Part shown: positions 23,870-38,146 of the stretch, piece after piece
How positions within the stretch are numbered: position 1 is the first letter of the stretch
Layout of the letters: the number at the start of each line of letters is the position of its first letter
From: Macrostomum hystrix
Taxonomy: Eukaryota; Animalia; Platyhelminthes
DNA length: 64,000 nt
NCBI GenBank assembly: GCA_950097015.1
Contig: CATNEN010000007.1
Span: forward strand, 10,788,001-10,852,000
Direction: 5' to 3'
The notes under the pieces: generated by a model
Databases searched by the model: none
What the model was told of the DNA's origin: nothing
What the model saw: the letters and a program-made list of their open reading frames with translations, nothing else
Position numbers and translations under genes: made by a program

Positions 23870-26599
23870 ATGGCTGCTGCAGACCGATTCACCTTCGGCT
23901 CAGCCTACCCGAGCTCGCAGAGTCGCTCTCCGTCCTGCGGCAGCAGCGGCGTCAGCGGAGGAGCACCACCAACCGCTACTGGAGAGACAGCAACCGCGTC
24001 CTGGCTGGTGGCCCGACGCCGCCTGGAGGGCTTGCTGGCCGCGATGACCTCCGCTCGGGCCGGCATGGCTAGGGACCGGCGACGCCTGCTCGCCGCTAGC
24101 GGGTCACCTGGCGCTGCTGCGGAGCGACTTCGGCGGGGCCTGCCCGCCTACTTGGCGCCGGCGGAGTGCTCCGCGCTGCGTGCATTTGAAGCCTCCGGTG
24201 TTAGCGCTTGGGATCAACTGGACGATCTGCAGCGGCTCTGCCCGCCGGCTTTCAGAGGCGACCTGAACCGTTTGGAGGTTCAGCTGAGGGCTGCGCTGGA
24301 GGAGGCCGCTTTGCTACAGAAGGTCGATGATGGCGACGGGCGTGGCAACCTTGGGAGCAGCGGCGAAGGTGGCGATGGTTCTGCCATCATCAGGAGCTCA
24401 GATTGTCGCTCGGGTCGTTGTGACAGCGAAGTTGGCATCGCGCAAAACGGGGACCAACGGTGAGGGAGCAGCATGTGTTTGTTTGCACCTTAACTGGAAC
24501 AGTCTTGGAGATGGCCCCTAAATAGCCTCTAAACATTCATGCTTTACAGTCTCAATATTGGATAGATAAAATGGCTAAAAGATAATACTTGCCTAGTTTT
24601 TCAAACAATTATTCTCAACTTCGGCTCCATCCACCAGAAGCGTCAGCCAGGCCTACCTCGACGAGCTGGTGAAACGCGCTCAGCAGGCGGAGAACGAGAA
24701 CCACTGCCTGCGCGCCCGGCTGGCCAAGCTGACGCTGGTGCTGCGTGACGCAAAGGAACAGCGTCGGCAGCTGAAGGGCCTGGCCCGTGGGTTCAAGACA
24801 GAGCGGGATCAGGCGATGCTGCAGGTATGCCGCCTCTCCGAGCAACTGCAGGCCGCCCCTGCATCAGCCGACGTCGTTGCCGACGACGACGTTGACGAAG
24901 ATGACCGAAGCGACAAGGACGAAGACGAGTCGCACACTGCGCGCTCGATGTCAGTGGTGACGTTCGCTGGTGGTCACAGCCGGCCTGCGCACCAGCAGTG
25001 GCACCGGCTGTCCACTTGTGGTTCGCCTGCATCGTCGGCTGCAGAAGCTGCGGCTGGCAGGCGCGGCATCACCGAGGATCGGCGCGGGAAGCTGCTGATT
25101 TTTGTCCGCATTCGCCCTGACGACAACGCCGGTCTTCTGACGGTGGCCGGCAAGTGCAAGATTGTGCTTCGCACACAGGGAGTGCCCGGCGCTTCGGGGA
25201 ACTTTGGCTCATTCGACTGCCGCACTTTCTGCTACGACCAGGTATTCGGCCCAGACAGCTCCAGCGCCTGCGTGTTCGGCGCCATGACGGAGCTAGTCAA
25301 TTCCTGCTGCTGTGGTGTCAACGTCTGCATCATGGCCTACGGACAGACGGGCAGCGGTGAGAAGCAATTTGTTTCTTTGACAGCAGTTTAAATGATTTCC
25401 AGCGAATTCATCATCGCTCGCGCTTATAGATGCGTCAGGTTTCTGGTTTTTTCTCAGCTTCGACAAACGACCCGGAGGCGTTTGACTGCGATTTTTTCTC
25501 ATAGTGCTACTGTAGTTTTATACAGAAACAAATGCCATACTCTTCTCACTACCGCCCCTGCACTGAGGCAGGCAAGACACACACCATGGTTGGTGATCAA
25601 CTGAACCCGGGGGTAAACCGGCTGGCGATTGCCTCGGTGCTGAGCGCCTGCCGAGGCCGCCCGGGCTGGCAGTTCAGCTTTGCAATGTGCGCAGTGGAGG
25701 TCTACAATGAGGATATTCGCGACCTCCTGCGTCCAACTCGCGCCGCTGGTAAAGCTGTTGGCGCCGGTTCTGCGCCAAAGAAACTGAAGATTGTGACCGA
25801 CTTCAGCGGAGCGGCGATGCTTCAGGGACTCACGGAGCTGCCGGTGAACTCAGAAGCGGACATTGACCGGTGTATCGCGCGCTGCGAGCGGACCCGAATC
25901 TACTCATCTACTGGTCTCAACGGAGTCAGCTCCAGGAGTCACGTGATTGTAATGCTGCGCATTAGCGGTCGCAGCAGCTCTGCGGACGACGGTGAGCCAA
26001 ATGCCTTTTACATCGTTCCCTAAGTTCTAGGCCTTGAGCGCTTAGAATCCCAAACCAATGCAGCAAGGAACCGTTTGTAATCCGGGATGTCAGAGACTAA
26101 TGCCAGTGCAGCTCGCCTGACGACACGAACCAACCAAGCGAACCAATGCCAAAAGCGCACATCTGAATCCCCCTCCACAGCAACGAATCTGTCGCTAAGC
26201 AGCACACTGACCCTGTGCGACCTGGCCGGCTCCGAGTCCATCCAGAAATCTGGCGTCTTCGGCTCTGGGCTTCGAGAAACCTCCGCCATTAATCGGTCTC
26301 TGCTCAGCCTCGGCAAGGTATTTGAGGATCTGCGCAAGCGACAGCGGCCCTGCTTCCGCGAGAGCAAGCTCACCCGGCTGCTGCAGCCTCACCTGACTGG
26401 AAGTTCTCGCTGCCTGGTGATTGTCACGGTGCGAGAGTCAGTCAGTCACCTGGACGAAACGATCAGGTCTCTTATGTTCGGCCGGAGCGCCATGCAGACC
26501 AAGACTGCAGATTTTGCTGCCGCCGCGGCCGCGATTGATGTCGACCGAGACACTGGTGGCTCGGCCGCAACTGCCGGGACGAATATTAGAAGGGATTGA
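23870..26599 (+). CDS. Kinesin-14 family (KIFC-like) protein with C-terminal motor
   Basis: Coiled coil, then 'FVRIRP', 'YDQVF', P-loop AYGQTGSG|KT split by an intron, 'EVYNEDIRDLL', SSRSH, DLAGSE, 'INRSL' and 'FRESKLTRLLQ'. Exons ~23870-24460, 24638-25357, 25570-25991, 26094 or 26180-26599. Confidence 0.9.
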
Positions 26600-29500
26600 A
26601 TGATAAAGATTACCCATTCTTTATAAGATAAATAATTTAACATTCCCCTTCGGATGTTTAGTTGGCATCAAAGAAATGCCTTTACGGGCTATTTTGTTTG
26701 AAGTAACCCAAAATTCCGCAATTTTTACTTTTTATATAAGGAGCTAGCTAACATTGCATTTTCTAGACTTTTTCAGGAATCATCTTGAGTTTTCCCACTA
26801 TTATGGTGATCTAACCAACGTGACAATTCTATGCACTTAAAAATTGTCAACTGGACCTATTTGAAATAGGCTTGTGTTTCCTACACTCTTTAAAATACTT
26901 TTAGGTATCTAGAATTATACAATAATTAACTATCTTTCGTGTCGTAAACGAATAATTCATAGCAAAATTATGCATAAAGTCTCTGCACTCATAATTGTGT
27001 CACAAAAGTACTTAATGCTTTTTCATCGAAGAGAAACTTATTTATCTAGTTTCCATAGGCTGGGCCATTCAAGTTGAATGTTAGCACCAGCCATATAGAT
27101 GGTCTGTTGTTCACTGCATCGCTGGAATTGCTGGATCGCTTCACTGCACTGATAAAATATATATTCTGCTTAAATGTGTAGCAAAATGAATAGAAAGTAG
27201 GTTAAATCCTTAATGAAGTCAATCGTTGCTCTCGTTTTCTTCTCTACTTTTGGTAATTTTCCTTCTCTTTTTTGCCTTTGAATCCGATTCAATGCTGCAA
27301 TCAACTGTCTGATAAATGGATGCATGATTGATTTGTCTTGCTCTTTCTCTCGAATGCTGCATGTGCATGTGTCTTCAATTCAATATTTTCCTCCTTTTAA
27401 AACAACTACGCTCCAATAGTCGTGAAGCTTCATTCTCCACTTATTCTACCTCCATAAATTGATAATTTGACTAATACTTGACCGGGCAGTGCAAGAAGTG
27501 AAATAGGCAATAAGATTATAAAAGATACCAATTATGCTAGGAACTTATTGAAGGCAAGAAAACTTGACTGGCATACTATCGTATGCTCCTTCAATAGCGT
27601 ACTGCACGAGCTTACGAGTTTCTAGTGAGTCTGCACGCATGATTTTCGCGTAAGTTTGAATTTGCAAACGAGTCATTAGCGCTGGACCGTAACCAGTACG
27701 TATTATTTTTGTCGTCCACTAGGGAGGCTTACTTGAACCCGCTTGTATGAGACTCAGATTCGGTGAATGTGATTTGACTATGTGATATTAAAATAATTCA
27801 ACGATTTCCGTTGCTGCATTTTTTACGAGAGACTCCAACGATTTGTTGATTTAGTTATTCTTTATCAGATTAGTTTAGAAAATCGAACTATTTAGCTGAT
27901 GACTGACAATAAGTAAAACTAAAAAAAGAGTTTAGAATTTCTTACATGAAGCATTGGGGGTCAATTAGTTTCTGCCTAATAATGTAGCCTTTGATGCCTT
28001 TTTGTCATTCTGTATATACTTGTATGTTTTTGTAGCCTACAAAACAATTAAGCTAGTCATCCAGACACAATGTGTATAGCTATAGGAGTCATTGAAACTT
28101 AATCATCAGAAAATAATTTTGGTATTGTCCTTTATTGCCTACATTTTGATATTGACATGTTGTGTCATAGTAGTTAATGGTACTCCAGCCCTAGAATAAC
28201 TAATAAAGTTGCTTGTTAGACATTATTAGCCGGTTTTTGCTACCCTCTGGGTAGCCTCCCTTGAGTTCTTATCAGTGCATTATCAAAACTGGCTCTGATG
28301 CAATCATTAAAATTGGCACTGGAGCCTGTGCACAAGCTGAAAACAAGAATGCATTAGAAAATCCTATTTAAAACAGGTTTTCAAATATTTAATCCCCTTG
28401 ACAATGTAATTAAGCTTCATAAAATTATGTATACTGATTTGGGACCATTTGTGATCTTTTGGTGAAGGAATTGTGAAAATCGGTTGAGCCGTTTGGGAGA
28501 AAATCAATTACAAGCAAGCAAGCCTGATTTTCATTTTTAGTATATAATTCATTTTTAGTATATAAGAAGAAGAAGATTATTGGAGGGTTGAGTCATTATG
28601 TAGGCTCTCCAGTGTGTTTATTTGACTATTCAGAGAATCATAACCCTGTCCTATTCCCTTGCCTATAAATGTATACTCTAAAGGCTACAGTTAGGTTGTT
28701 TTTTATTTTCCTTATTTGGTACAACTTTGTGATAAGAATTAACTTTCTTTTCAATATATTTCGTTTAAAGTGTTTTTTCTTTTTACCTTGGTACTGTAAT
28801 ACTCTACCAATGGACATTAATTCATATATCTAAAAAGCCCTATACTTTACTAGTTATAGCTATTTAGAAAGTTGCACTTGTAAGAGAGCAGTGTTGAGCA
28901 TTCGGCATAGGGCAATTAAAAATTGTAGAATGGTGATCCATTGTTAGGTGTAAATAAGTATTCTTTCATCCATTCTTAATGGACTACAGTGTAACAGGGC
29001 TTATCACTCTATCTTTCTCTCTATTGGTAGCATGTCACTCCAGCCAATCTTACTCTTTCCTTTCACTATCAACTCTGTGTGTATTTCCAAATGCATTAAA
29101 ATGACATTAACAACACCGCGGTTTCTGTCTCCCGCATGCTTCACACTCTAATGGTAGCGACTCTTATTGCACAAGCGGTCTCTTTTTAAGGCCTTTTACT
29201 TGCTATAACACTTCCAGTCATTAGGGCTCTTCCTGGACTGGAGGATCACAGCCTCAATCTCGAACAGAGAAAAGAACTAACATGTTGGAACACCTTTCCA
29301 GGATCAATTTATTATTTTAGCACAACTTTATTATTGAATTCAGGCTTTTATGCCTCACTGGCAAGTTGTATTGTTGCACAGAAATTGCAACCACTTATAT
29401 ACACAGAAACTATTTTGTTAAAACGAGTAAATTTCACAGAATATTCATAATATTTTACATATAAATAATACTTGAGGAGTTAAACATTTAAACAAAAATA

Positions 29501-30112
29501 TTGGTACCGATTTGATAAAATAATGTATCATCACTACAATAGCTTAATCTTTCTGGTTTACTTATTATCAATTTTTGTTTCTTGTCCAGTTTTCCAATTT
29601 TCCTATGTATATATATGGTTATTGCTATATGGTTAATGTTTATATATTTGGTTAATGGTTTTTAGAAATTTCTTTATCTTTAGAATTTTGAAACCAGGAA
29701 GGCATTTTCAGCTTTTTGGATCAATTTTTCAATAACGACAATCCTTGATGCCTTTTCTCTGTGCCTGTGCCCTAATTGAACATGGCCTTGCCCCAGAATA
29801 AAGCTTAGGGACCTTTGGTGTGAGAGGAAATCACATTAGGCCACCCTGCCACTCACTCCATTTTAAAAGATTGAAGTTAACAGAAAATAATATAATTAAT
29901 TTTTGTTGGAATATGCTGCAAAGCTACATGTAATTAGATTTGTTAAAGCTTAACTTACAAAGTGTTAATAAATAATTAGTCGAAACTAAAATAAGAAATT
30001 GAATTGAATATTGAATTGTGTGAATAATTTAACCGGTAGCAATGAACGTTAACCCTAGACCAACTGAATAGTGAATTGAATACCGCAATATTTGATAATT
30101 GCAGGCCGTTTG

Positions 30113-33100
30113 ATGTCCTTCACTCCGTATCGACGCGGTGGTGGAGGTCGCCGCTTCTTTCGCAACTCCTGGCGTGGTGGTGGCGGCGGCGGCAGAGGTT
30201 TCCGTGGTCGAGGCGGATTCGGCGGCCGAGGCAGAGGCGGCGGTGGCTTCCACAGCGTGGGTGGTGCAGCTGGTGATGACACAGAAGACTTTCCACAGCA
30301 GCAGCAGCAGCAGCAGCAGCAGTCAAGCGGGCTGGTGCTAGAGGCTCCCGCGGGCGTGGAGTTCCCTGGCTGGAGCCTGTACTTTCCCAGGCTGCGTTAC
30401 CAGGCGGGGCTGCCCCAAGTGCGCCTGACGCGAGCCTTCCTTGCTTTCCTCGGTCGCTACGTCGAAGAATGCGGCGTCTCCGTCGAGGCCGTGCTGGACG
30501 CCGGTGGCCTGTCTGTGCCCAGCCGGCAGCTGCTCGAGGCGCCGGAGCCGCAAGCCGAAGTTGCCAGCTTCGCCGAGGACTTACTAGCCCAGCCGGACAC
30601 TTACCTGCCATGCCTGCACCTGGCGCTGCACTCGCTTGTGAGCCGCTACCGGGTTGCCGAGCAGGTGCGGTATTGAATTGGCTCACTTTATCCGCTAATT
30701 AGACGAGCATTTGATTTTCAACCCAGATTCAAAGACCCGTATATTCCAAAAGCTGCATTCCAGCAGTGCTGATCAAGTGCTTTATCTGAGCTAGTATTTT
30801 GACAGTTCTGACCTTTGACATTTCGCCCATCTGGCTTCACACCTCCAACCGCAGCCCCAGCAGGCACCGCCGCCGTACGTCCCGATGATGCACTGCCGCA
30901 TCGGCAGCCTGCCGACCCTGACCCAGATGCAGGACCTGAAGGCCGGCACCCTGGGCCGCCTCGTCAGCGTGCGCGGCACCGTCATCCGAGTTGGCCCCGT
31001 CCGCCCTGTGTGCAGCCGCCTGGCCTTCGAGTGCGAGGCCTGCGCCAGCGTCTGCGTGCTCGCGCTGGATGACTGCGGCCGCTACGCTGCGCCGGCCCAG
31101 TGCTCTGGCGGCTGCCGGTCCAGGACCTTCCGGCCACTGCGCGGCTCGCCTCTTACACAGACGGCCGATGCTCAGACACTGCGGCTGCAGGAGACCGCCG
31201 TGGATGATCAGGTAAAGATGATTGGACGGGTGACTGAAGTGTGGGCGGGTGAGTGAGGGGGTTAGTGGGCGGGTGAGTGGGGATTTTAGTTGACGAGGGA
31301 GTGTGAAGCAGTGGATTGAAACTGATTAACTTTTTTTACAACTTGTAAGCGAGAGTGATGTCTGTTAAAATCAAAAAGCTTTCACCTGGCTTCTCGATCA
31401 AAGAGCAGTGCACTGACAGAACGCTCACCTTTCAAAATAAGTGTCTCACCTGTAAAACCAGGGCCGCGTGCCGCGCACTCTCGAATGTGAGGTGGCTCAC
31501 GATCTCGTGGACTCGTGCGCCCCCGGCGACACGCTGACGGTCACTGGCATCGTGGTCGCGCGGCCGGCCGCCGAGGACCGCTGCGTGATGAGCGTCACGT
31601 TGCGAGCCTGCGCCCTGCACAGCGACCAGCAGCGCCGCTCGGCGCCCGGCGACGCCATGGTTGACGCGGAGTTCACAGTCAAGGAGCTGTACGGTATCGA
31701 GGCCATGCACTCGCTGCCGAATTTGTTCTGCACGCTGGTGGCTTCGCTTTGCCCGGCCATCTTCGGGCACGAGAGCGTGAAGGCCGGCCTGCTGCTGGCG
31801 CTGTTCGGCGGCTCCCAGCGTGGCGGCGAGCTCGGTGTGCGCAGCGAGTCCCACGTGCTGGTGGTTGGCGACCCCGGCCTGGGCAAGAGCCAGATGCTGC
31901 AGGCAGTTGCCACTGTGGCTCCTCGCAGCGTGTACGTGTGCGGCAACACCTCCAGCGCAGCGGGTATGCCGCTACCCTAAGTTTATGGGGCTGGAGTGCT
32001 GTCGCAACGCCAAAAATGGGGTGCCCGGCAGTTGACTGGCACAATTTGACTGTTGAAAAAACGACTGTGAATAAAAAGTCTGCCGACAAAATGATGCTCC
32101 TTCAGTTTATCACATCATCACATCTTTTTGCGTCTACATGTAAGTGTCGGGAAGCTAGCCACCTGCTGAAATATGAGATTCCAGGTTTTTACCCTAATTA
32201 GCACCTCATGGCACATTAGTCAACTGATTCGATGTACTACTTGGCAGCAGCGAAAAATCCCAAGGAGACCCCTAATTTCTAATACCTAATATAATGTGAG
32301 ATTTCGCAAATCATCTAAAAAACCACTGAGATGTAAATAATTTACTAGCAAATATTCCCCACATTCTAACTTCCCGTGTTTTAAGGATCTTGATTTCGAT
32401 ATATATATGAAATTTTACTTATGAATTAGCCAGCTTATTAAGTTAATGATAAGATAGCTCTATAAACAGCATTCATGAGTGAAACTACGTGTAGAAGATC
32501 CATTTGAACAATCATGTCGCTAGGACGATACTGACTTGAAATCATTTATTAGAAATATATGTATGTGTTTATTATTAGAAAGTAGAAAACAAAACGTTAA
32601 GGAAAGGTTATTATTACATGCACGAGCATAACAGATTAGGACTGAGTTGGCTCTTGTAGAATAAAATAGGACCATTGCTGAGCGAGTAATTGTAAGCATA
32701 GACAACTATTTCAATTGTGAAGAACGAGTTGTCGAAGGACGATACAGTTAGGCCGAATCTAAGAAAAGTGCTGGATGGGGATTCCGGAGGAAACAGTTCC
32801 GACAATTCAACATAACAACAGATGCACATCAATATGTATTCCTGAAAGCCGAATTTAGGAGAGTACATGTAGCTTGTATTTTGTTCGTGTAAAGAATAGG
32901 TTGTTAGCACCGCATAAATGCAAGCATACATAAAGAGCATTGACTCCAAGTAGTGTTTTGTGAACAGTTTTTGTTACATTCTTTTTGTGGCAGTCAAATT
33001 GAATCAGTCAAATTGTCAGCAGTCGAGTTGTGACAGTCAATAGTCGTAGATCCTTAAAAATTGCTGGCGACTGTGGTTTGTGGATTTACAAATTCCAAGT

Positions 33101-34332
33101 GATAATCGAATTTTTTCTCTGGGCTAGACACTCTTTGTTGAGTCCCGAATTATATTCTGTCCTTCTCGCCAGGCCTCACAATTTCGCTGTCGAAGGACCG
33201 CGGCTCTGGCGAGTCGGGCCTGGAGGCCGGTGCGCTTGTACTGGCCGACCGCGGCGTGTGCTGCATCGACGAGTTCGACAAGATGGCCAAGCAGCATGCC
33301 GCCCTGCTGGAGGCCATGGAGCAGCAGAGCGTCAGCATCGCCAAAGCCGGCGTCGTCTGCTCGCTGCCCGCCCGCTGCTCGGTGGTGGCTGCAGCCAACC
33401 CAGTCGGCGGCCATTTCGACCGGGCCCGCACTGTCGGCGAGAATTTGCGAATGAGCGCCGCCCTGCTCAGCCGCTTCGACCTGGCCTTCATCCTCGTGGA
33501 CCGTCCGGACAGGCGGCTCGATGGCCTCCTGTCTGAGCACGTCATGTCGCTGCACTCCCGTCCCGGCAGCTCCGCCGGCAGCAGCGTTGGCGGAGTCTCC
33601 GCAGCCATGGCTGCAGCTGCAGGAGGTACAAATGGCCTATAAAGATTGTGGATCCTAGCTTAAGTTACTCCATTGATTTCCGGATTGGACTCCGTTGCCA
33701 CATAGTTGAGATTCAGGTCCAAAAAATCTGGGTTAAGGAGGTTTGACGCAAAGTTTTTTACTCCAGAGCCACCTGCCCCAATCGCAGGCAACCCGGTGCC
33801 GCACGCGCTCATGCGAAAGTACATCGCTTACGCCCGCAAGTACGTACAGCCGCGCCTGACTCGCGAGGCAGCTAACGAGCTGCAGCAATTCTACCTGGAG
33901 CTGCGCGCTGGCCTGCGCAGCCGCGACGCCTGCCCGGTGACCACCCGCCAGCTTGAGTCGCTGGTCCGCCTCACCGAGGCCCGGGCCCGCGCCGAGCTGC
34001 GCGAGCTCTGCACTGCCGAGGACGCGCGCTGCGCCATCCAGCTCACCCGCGACTGCGTGCGCGACCTCCTGTCGGACGACACCGGAGCCGTAGACGTCAG
34101 CCGGTCGAGCGGAGTCTCCTGTCGCTCCGCAGCTAAGCGACTGCTGCAGCGGCTGCAGCGGATGGCGGAGCAGCGCCAGAACCGCCTGTTCAGCTCAGAT
34201 GAGCTCATGCAGGCTGTGCGCTCCCTCGGCGTGTCTGCAGATGCTACCGCCCTGCTGCAGGCGCTGAACAGTCAGGGCTTCCTGCTTCAGAAGGGGCCTC
34301 GGCTGTACCAGCTTCAGAGCTACGACTTCTGA
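30113..34332 (+). CDS. MCM8: DNA helicase MCM8
   Basis: RGG-rich N-terminus, 'GWSLYF', Zn finger, '[10 protein letters not shown]', '[14 protein letters not shown]', Walker [10 protein letters not shown], 'YVCGNT', Walker [14 protein letters not shown], 'TTRQLESL', C-terminal '[11 protein letters not shown]'. Five exons. Confidence 0.93.
32017..33052. mobile_element. Possible non-autonomous DNA transposon in an MCM8 intron
   Basis: Imperfect inverted ends built of TTGACTG/CAGTCAA repeats (32031-32070 vs 32990-33040) around an AT-rich interior. TSD not resolved. Confidence 0.35.
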
Positions 34333-34722
34333 CAGATCGCGTGAATCTTGTGGCCCTGTGGCCTTGCTATTCCTGTTCTCTCTTGGTGCTAAATTTGTTG
34401 ATAGTTTTGTCATCTATAATAAAAAAAAAAAAAAAAAATACAGTGCTTTGCATAATTTTGTTTCTTTTTTACAATTTGGGCTCATTTACACACATTTTAA
34501 GGTTTTATTCAGTTTTGATTTCCACTTTTCGGAATCGTAAACTATATTTTCTGCGTAATTCTGTAAGAGAATTCTAACACAAAATTCGTTCCCTCCTCAA
34601 TGCAGCACTTTGCGGAAAACCAAGTACCACTTTAATGTGGTAAAATAGTGAAGCGTTGAACTATATTTACATCAGCGAAGCTCGTAGATAATAACAGCTA
34701 AAACAGTATTAAAACTGCATAG

Positions 34723-36667
34723 TCACATCGGCTCGTAGATGCCGCTGCTGCGGAGGCCCACGTGGTCCAGGGAAAGCGTTTGGTACCTGCAATTCATTTA
34801 GGCGATATTGTGCAGTCTTAGTTAACAGCCAAGGTGAGACAACACACCCTCGATCTCACACCTCACTGCCCCATTATGACAGCTCACAACTCACTGCCCC
34901 ATTATGACAGCTCACAACTCACTGCCCCATTATGACAGCTCACACCTCACTGCCCATTATGACAGCTCACAACTCACTGCCCCATTATGACAGCTCACAC
35001 CTCACTGCCCCATTATGACAGCTCACAACTCACTGCCCCATTGTGACAGCTCACAACTCACTGCCCCATTATGACAGCTCACAACTCACTGCCCCATAAT
35101 CACAGCTCACATCTCACTGCCCCATTATGACAGCTCACACCTCAGTCCCATAATGACAGCTCACATCCACTGTCCCTCGAAGACAGCACAGTCCCTCCAC
35201 TTACATCTCACTGCCACGGTGATAGTAGTAGCCATCGATGTGGCCGGAGGACTTCTGGAAGCAGATGTAGTAGAAGCCAGCAAAGGAGACACTGGAGGGA
35301 CAGCGGTCTGTGGAGAAGCGCTCCTTCCACCGCATGAAGGCAAAGTCTGATGCCACGATGGCCGCATGGTCCAGGCTGTCTGACTCAAAGACTGCCTGGA
35401 GGTGCTCGGCGAAGGCGGGGAACTTACTCCAGTGCCGCCGGTCAACCTCCTCGTCTGCGCCCCACTTGTGGGTGAGAAAGGAGTGCCGCCGCCCAACCAG
35501 CTCACCCTCAAAGTAGGTTGTCATTGTCAGTTCTGCTGTTGGGCCGCTGATTTGCAGCTGGCCGCATAGGCTGTCCAACTCTAGGTTGGTGTTCTGTCCA
35601 GGTTGGTTAGGTGTGGCAGTGTGGGGTGCAAAGACTGGCTTTGCATGAAAATTTAAAGGGTAGCTCAAACCAGTCAAAATATAAATCAGCTATACCTATA
35701 ATAATACAATAGCTAGCTTAGCCTAGCTACCTATAACCTATACACATACCACAACAAATTGTGCCACTTAAATACTTTCCTGCTTAGTGCTTTTATATAG
35801 CTCCCTTTTGTTTATAATTACTAAACTAGTAATCTTAACATGAAAATATTAGTAGCTACTCAGGTACTTTTTATAATACAATGTTATAATGTCACAACTT
35901 TTACTATATAAGCCAAGCCAAGGAAGCTAATAATATAGTTCAGAAAGAAATAATTCAGATAAATTAAGTAAAAGTAACAAGTTAAAGTTGAAATCAAGTT
36001 CACAAAGCAAATAAAAAAATAATTTACAAAGAAAAAAAGATTTTTAATAAAAAACTGAAAGCTAAAACTACTATGTTTATATGGCTCTCTGTCTCATTTT
36101 AAATATTTTAAATGGATATACACATGAGCTATAATGTATCAATATAGCCTTACAATTTTAGGAGCAATTTACATCATATTATAAAGCTACATTAAACTCC
36201 ACTATTTTCTAGTTCTTTTTTATATTCTGATATCAAAAAGGGTTGTATGCATATTGAAAGTAAAAAAAAATTATATTTTTAATTTTTTCTACAAACAATT
36301 CAATTTTTTAATATTTTTGGATACATTTTTTGTTAGACATCATTTTTGTAAACTAGAACTGAAGCCTACAGATAGATTGCAATAGGCCTATGTTGATTCA
36401 TTTAAAATTAAATTAGAAAATGGACAGGCCAAGTATTTTAGATAGTATAGCTTAACCCTCTAAATCCTCTAACCCACATTAGACAAAAAGAATCTTAAAA
36501 TCTAATTTTCTCACCAGAATAGTGACTTCAATATCATAACAGCTTCCTTTGCTTTTCTGTGTTCCAATAAATTTTGAACCGTTGTAGAGCACTGAAGCAT
36601 AATAAGCTGAATTTGATGGCGTTGGAAGTGGAAGACTATGATTATAAAAGCAACTCAGGCTATTCAT
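34723..36667 (-). CDS. GID4: GID complex subunit 4 (Vid24 family), exons 36667-36515, 35593-35205, 34786-34723
   Basis: 'LYNGSKFIGTQKSKG', 'TTYFEGE', 'FLTHKWGADEEVDRRHWSKF', 'FMRWKE', 'SFAGFYYICF', 'IDGYYYH..SE.YQTLSL'. Confidence 0.93.
34855..35167. repeat. 28-bp minisatellite (CTCACTGCCCCATTATGACAGCTCACAA)n in GID4 intron 2
   Basis: Tandem units visible. Confidence 0.95.
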
Positions 36668-38146
36668 TTTACGAATTTATTGCTGAAAAATTATTTTCTT
36701 AGTCACACATTTCCGTAACTTGAGTTCAGAATAAAATCTGCGTTTCGCGGAAACGAAGATTTCGTATCGGTACAAAAATACGTTAATTCAGTACATTAAT
36801 GAATTTCGTAAAAACAAGCTCAGTATAAGTCTGTGTACTTACAATATGAAATAATTTATTAAACTGTTTAAATACTTCAGTGACATTGCTGAGGTAGTAA
36901 AACAGTAAAACCTTCTATGTAAGCGATCGCCATACCAAATATGTACATGAGGGGGGGCGTAAACGGCGGGCTTAATATGGCGATTCCGCCGCTATCCGGC
37001 GAATTGAGGAGCTGAAGGGGCGTTTCGTGAAAAAAGGTTCCCGAGAAAATCGAAAATAAATTGCGTGGCAACAACAGAGGGTTTGAAATCAAAGGGCCCA
37101 CAAAAACAATAATGGACATGCCGTGAATGAGAACAGGAAATCAGAAAAATTTTCGAATCTGGCTCGTAAAGACGACCCTTCTGCCATAAAATGGTATACG
37201 GCCAGTCCGCAGGCCTTGACACATCCTGTTGTGACATCCAAGGCATATGGGTCTTCTCGTGCCGGCAAATAGTGCCGGCATGGAGGACCGCAGCGAGGCG
37301 GTCAGCTTCAGGAGATTCCGTAGACAATCGCTGGAGCAGCGGGCTTTCATGGCCTCGCATATTGGCCAGCTGGGAGGGGAGACAGCAAGTGCCCCGACTA
37401 GACCTTGCTGAGCTGGCCGGAGCTGGACACGTGGGAGATCAGCCTACTGAATCAAATTAGCAACCAACTCACACCCTCTGTAACACTGGCTGCATAAGAT
37501 CGAAGATAGGAAACGAATGTTTGCACCACTAATACACTCCTAATATATACATAAATTCACACACAGGCATAGAGAAAAATCTGCCACCAGTGCTGCTGCT
37601 GACCAAGAAGCTCCTGGTTGTCCAGTGAAACAGACGATGTGTCTGCATGACTCAGTCGCTGCATTAATCGGCTGTGACTCCTGAACGACAGATGTCAACT
37701 CAGGATCAGCTCTGTTAGAGTGCCTGTATCTTTCCGAAGACTAAAAGGGCAGAGATACGAGCGTATGTACCTACAAGAAGCTAGTGCAGACTGTAAGGCT
37801 GTCACCCGCAGATGATGTCGCGAATCGCTGTACACTGTGCTATTGTCAAGACGACAATCAGGACGGAGGACGGAGACCCAGAGTCCCGCCAGAGTTTAAC
37901 CTGGGCAGGCTGAATACACAAAACCTGGTGTACAAAGAAAAGGATGGCGGAGCCGCATGGGAAGGAAGAGAGGAAGGGAATCTGAGCTCATGTACAGTAG
38001 GAGGGTAGAAAACAAATTTTTAAGTCTCTAAAAAGCTGAAATTGGGAAGCGGCAGCCACAAAAGTGAGAGACAACAGCAGTAGACAGAAAAAAGCTCGAT
38101 CCGACTCTACTGTTTTTGTTGTTGCCAGAGTTCTTACAAAGTAACC

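Noticed and set aside
25992-26180. Large insertion in the kinesin motor domain
   Set aside because: A phase-compatible acceptor (CCCCCTCCACAG, 26179) removes it as intron.
34418-34440. Poly(A) run suggesting MCM8 is a retrocopy
   Set aside because: MCM8 has introns, so this is a genomic A-tract in the 3' UTR.
36880-38010. Possible LTR or other element remnant upstream of VWA5A-like copy 3
   Set aside because: No paired termini, TSD or recognisable protein motif.
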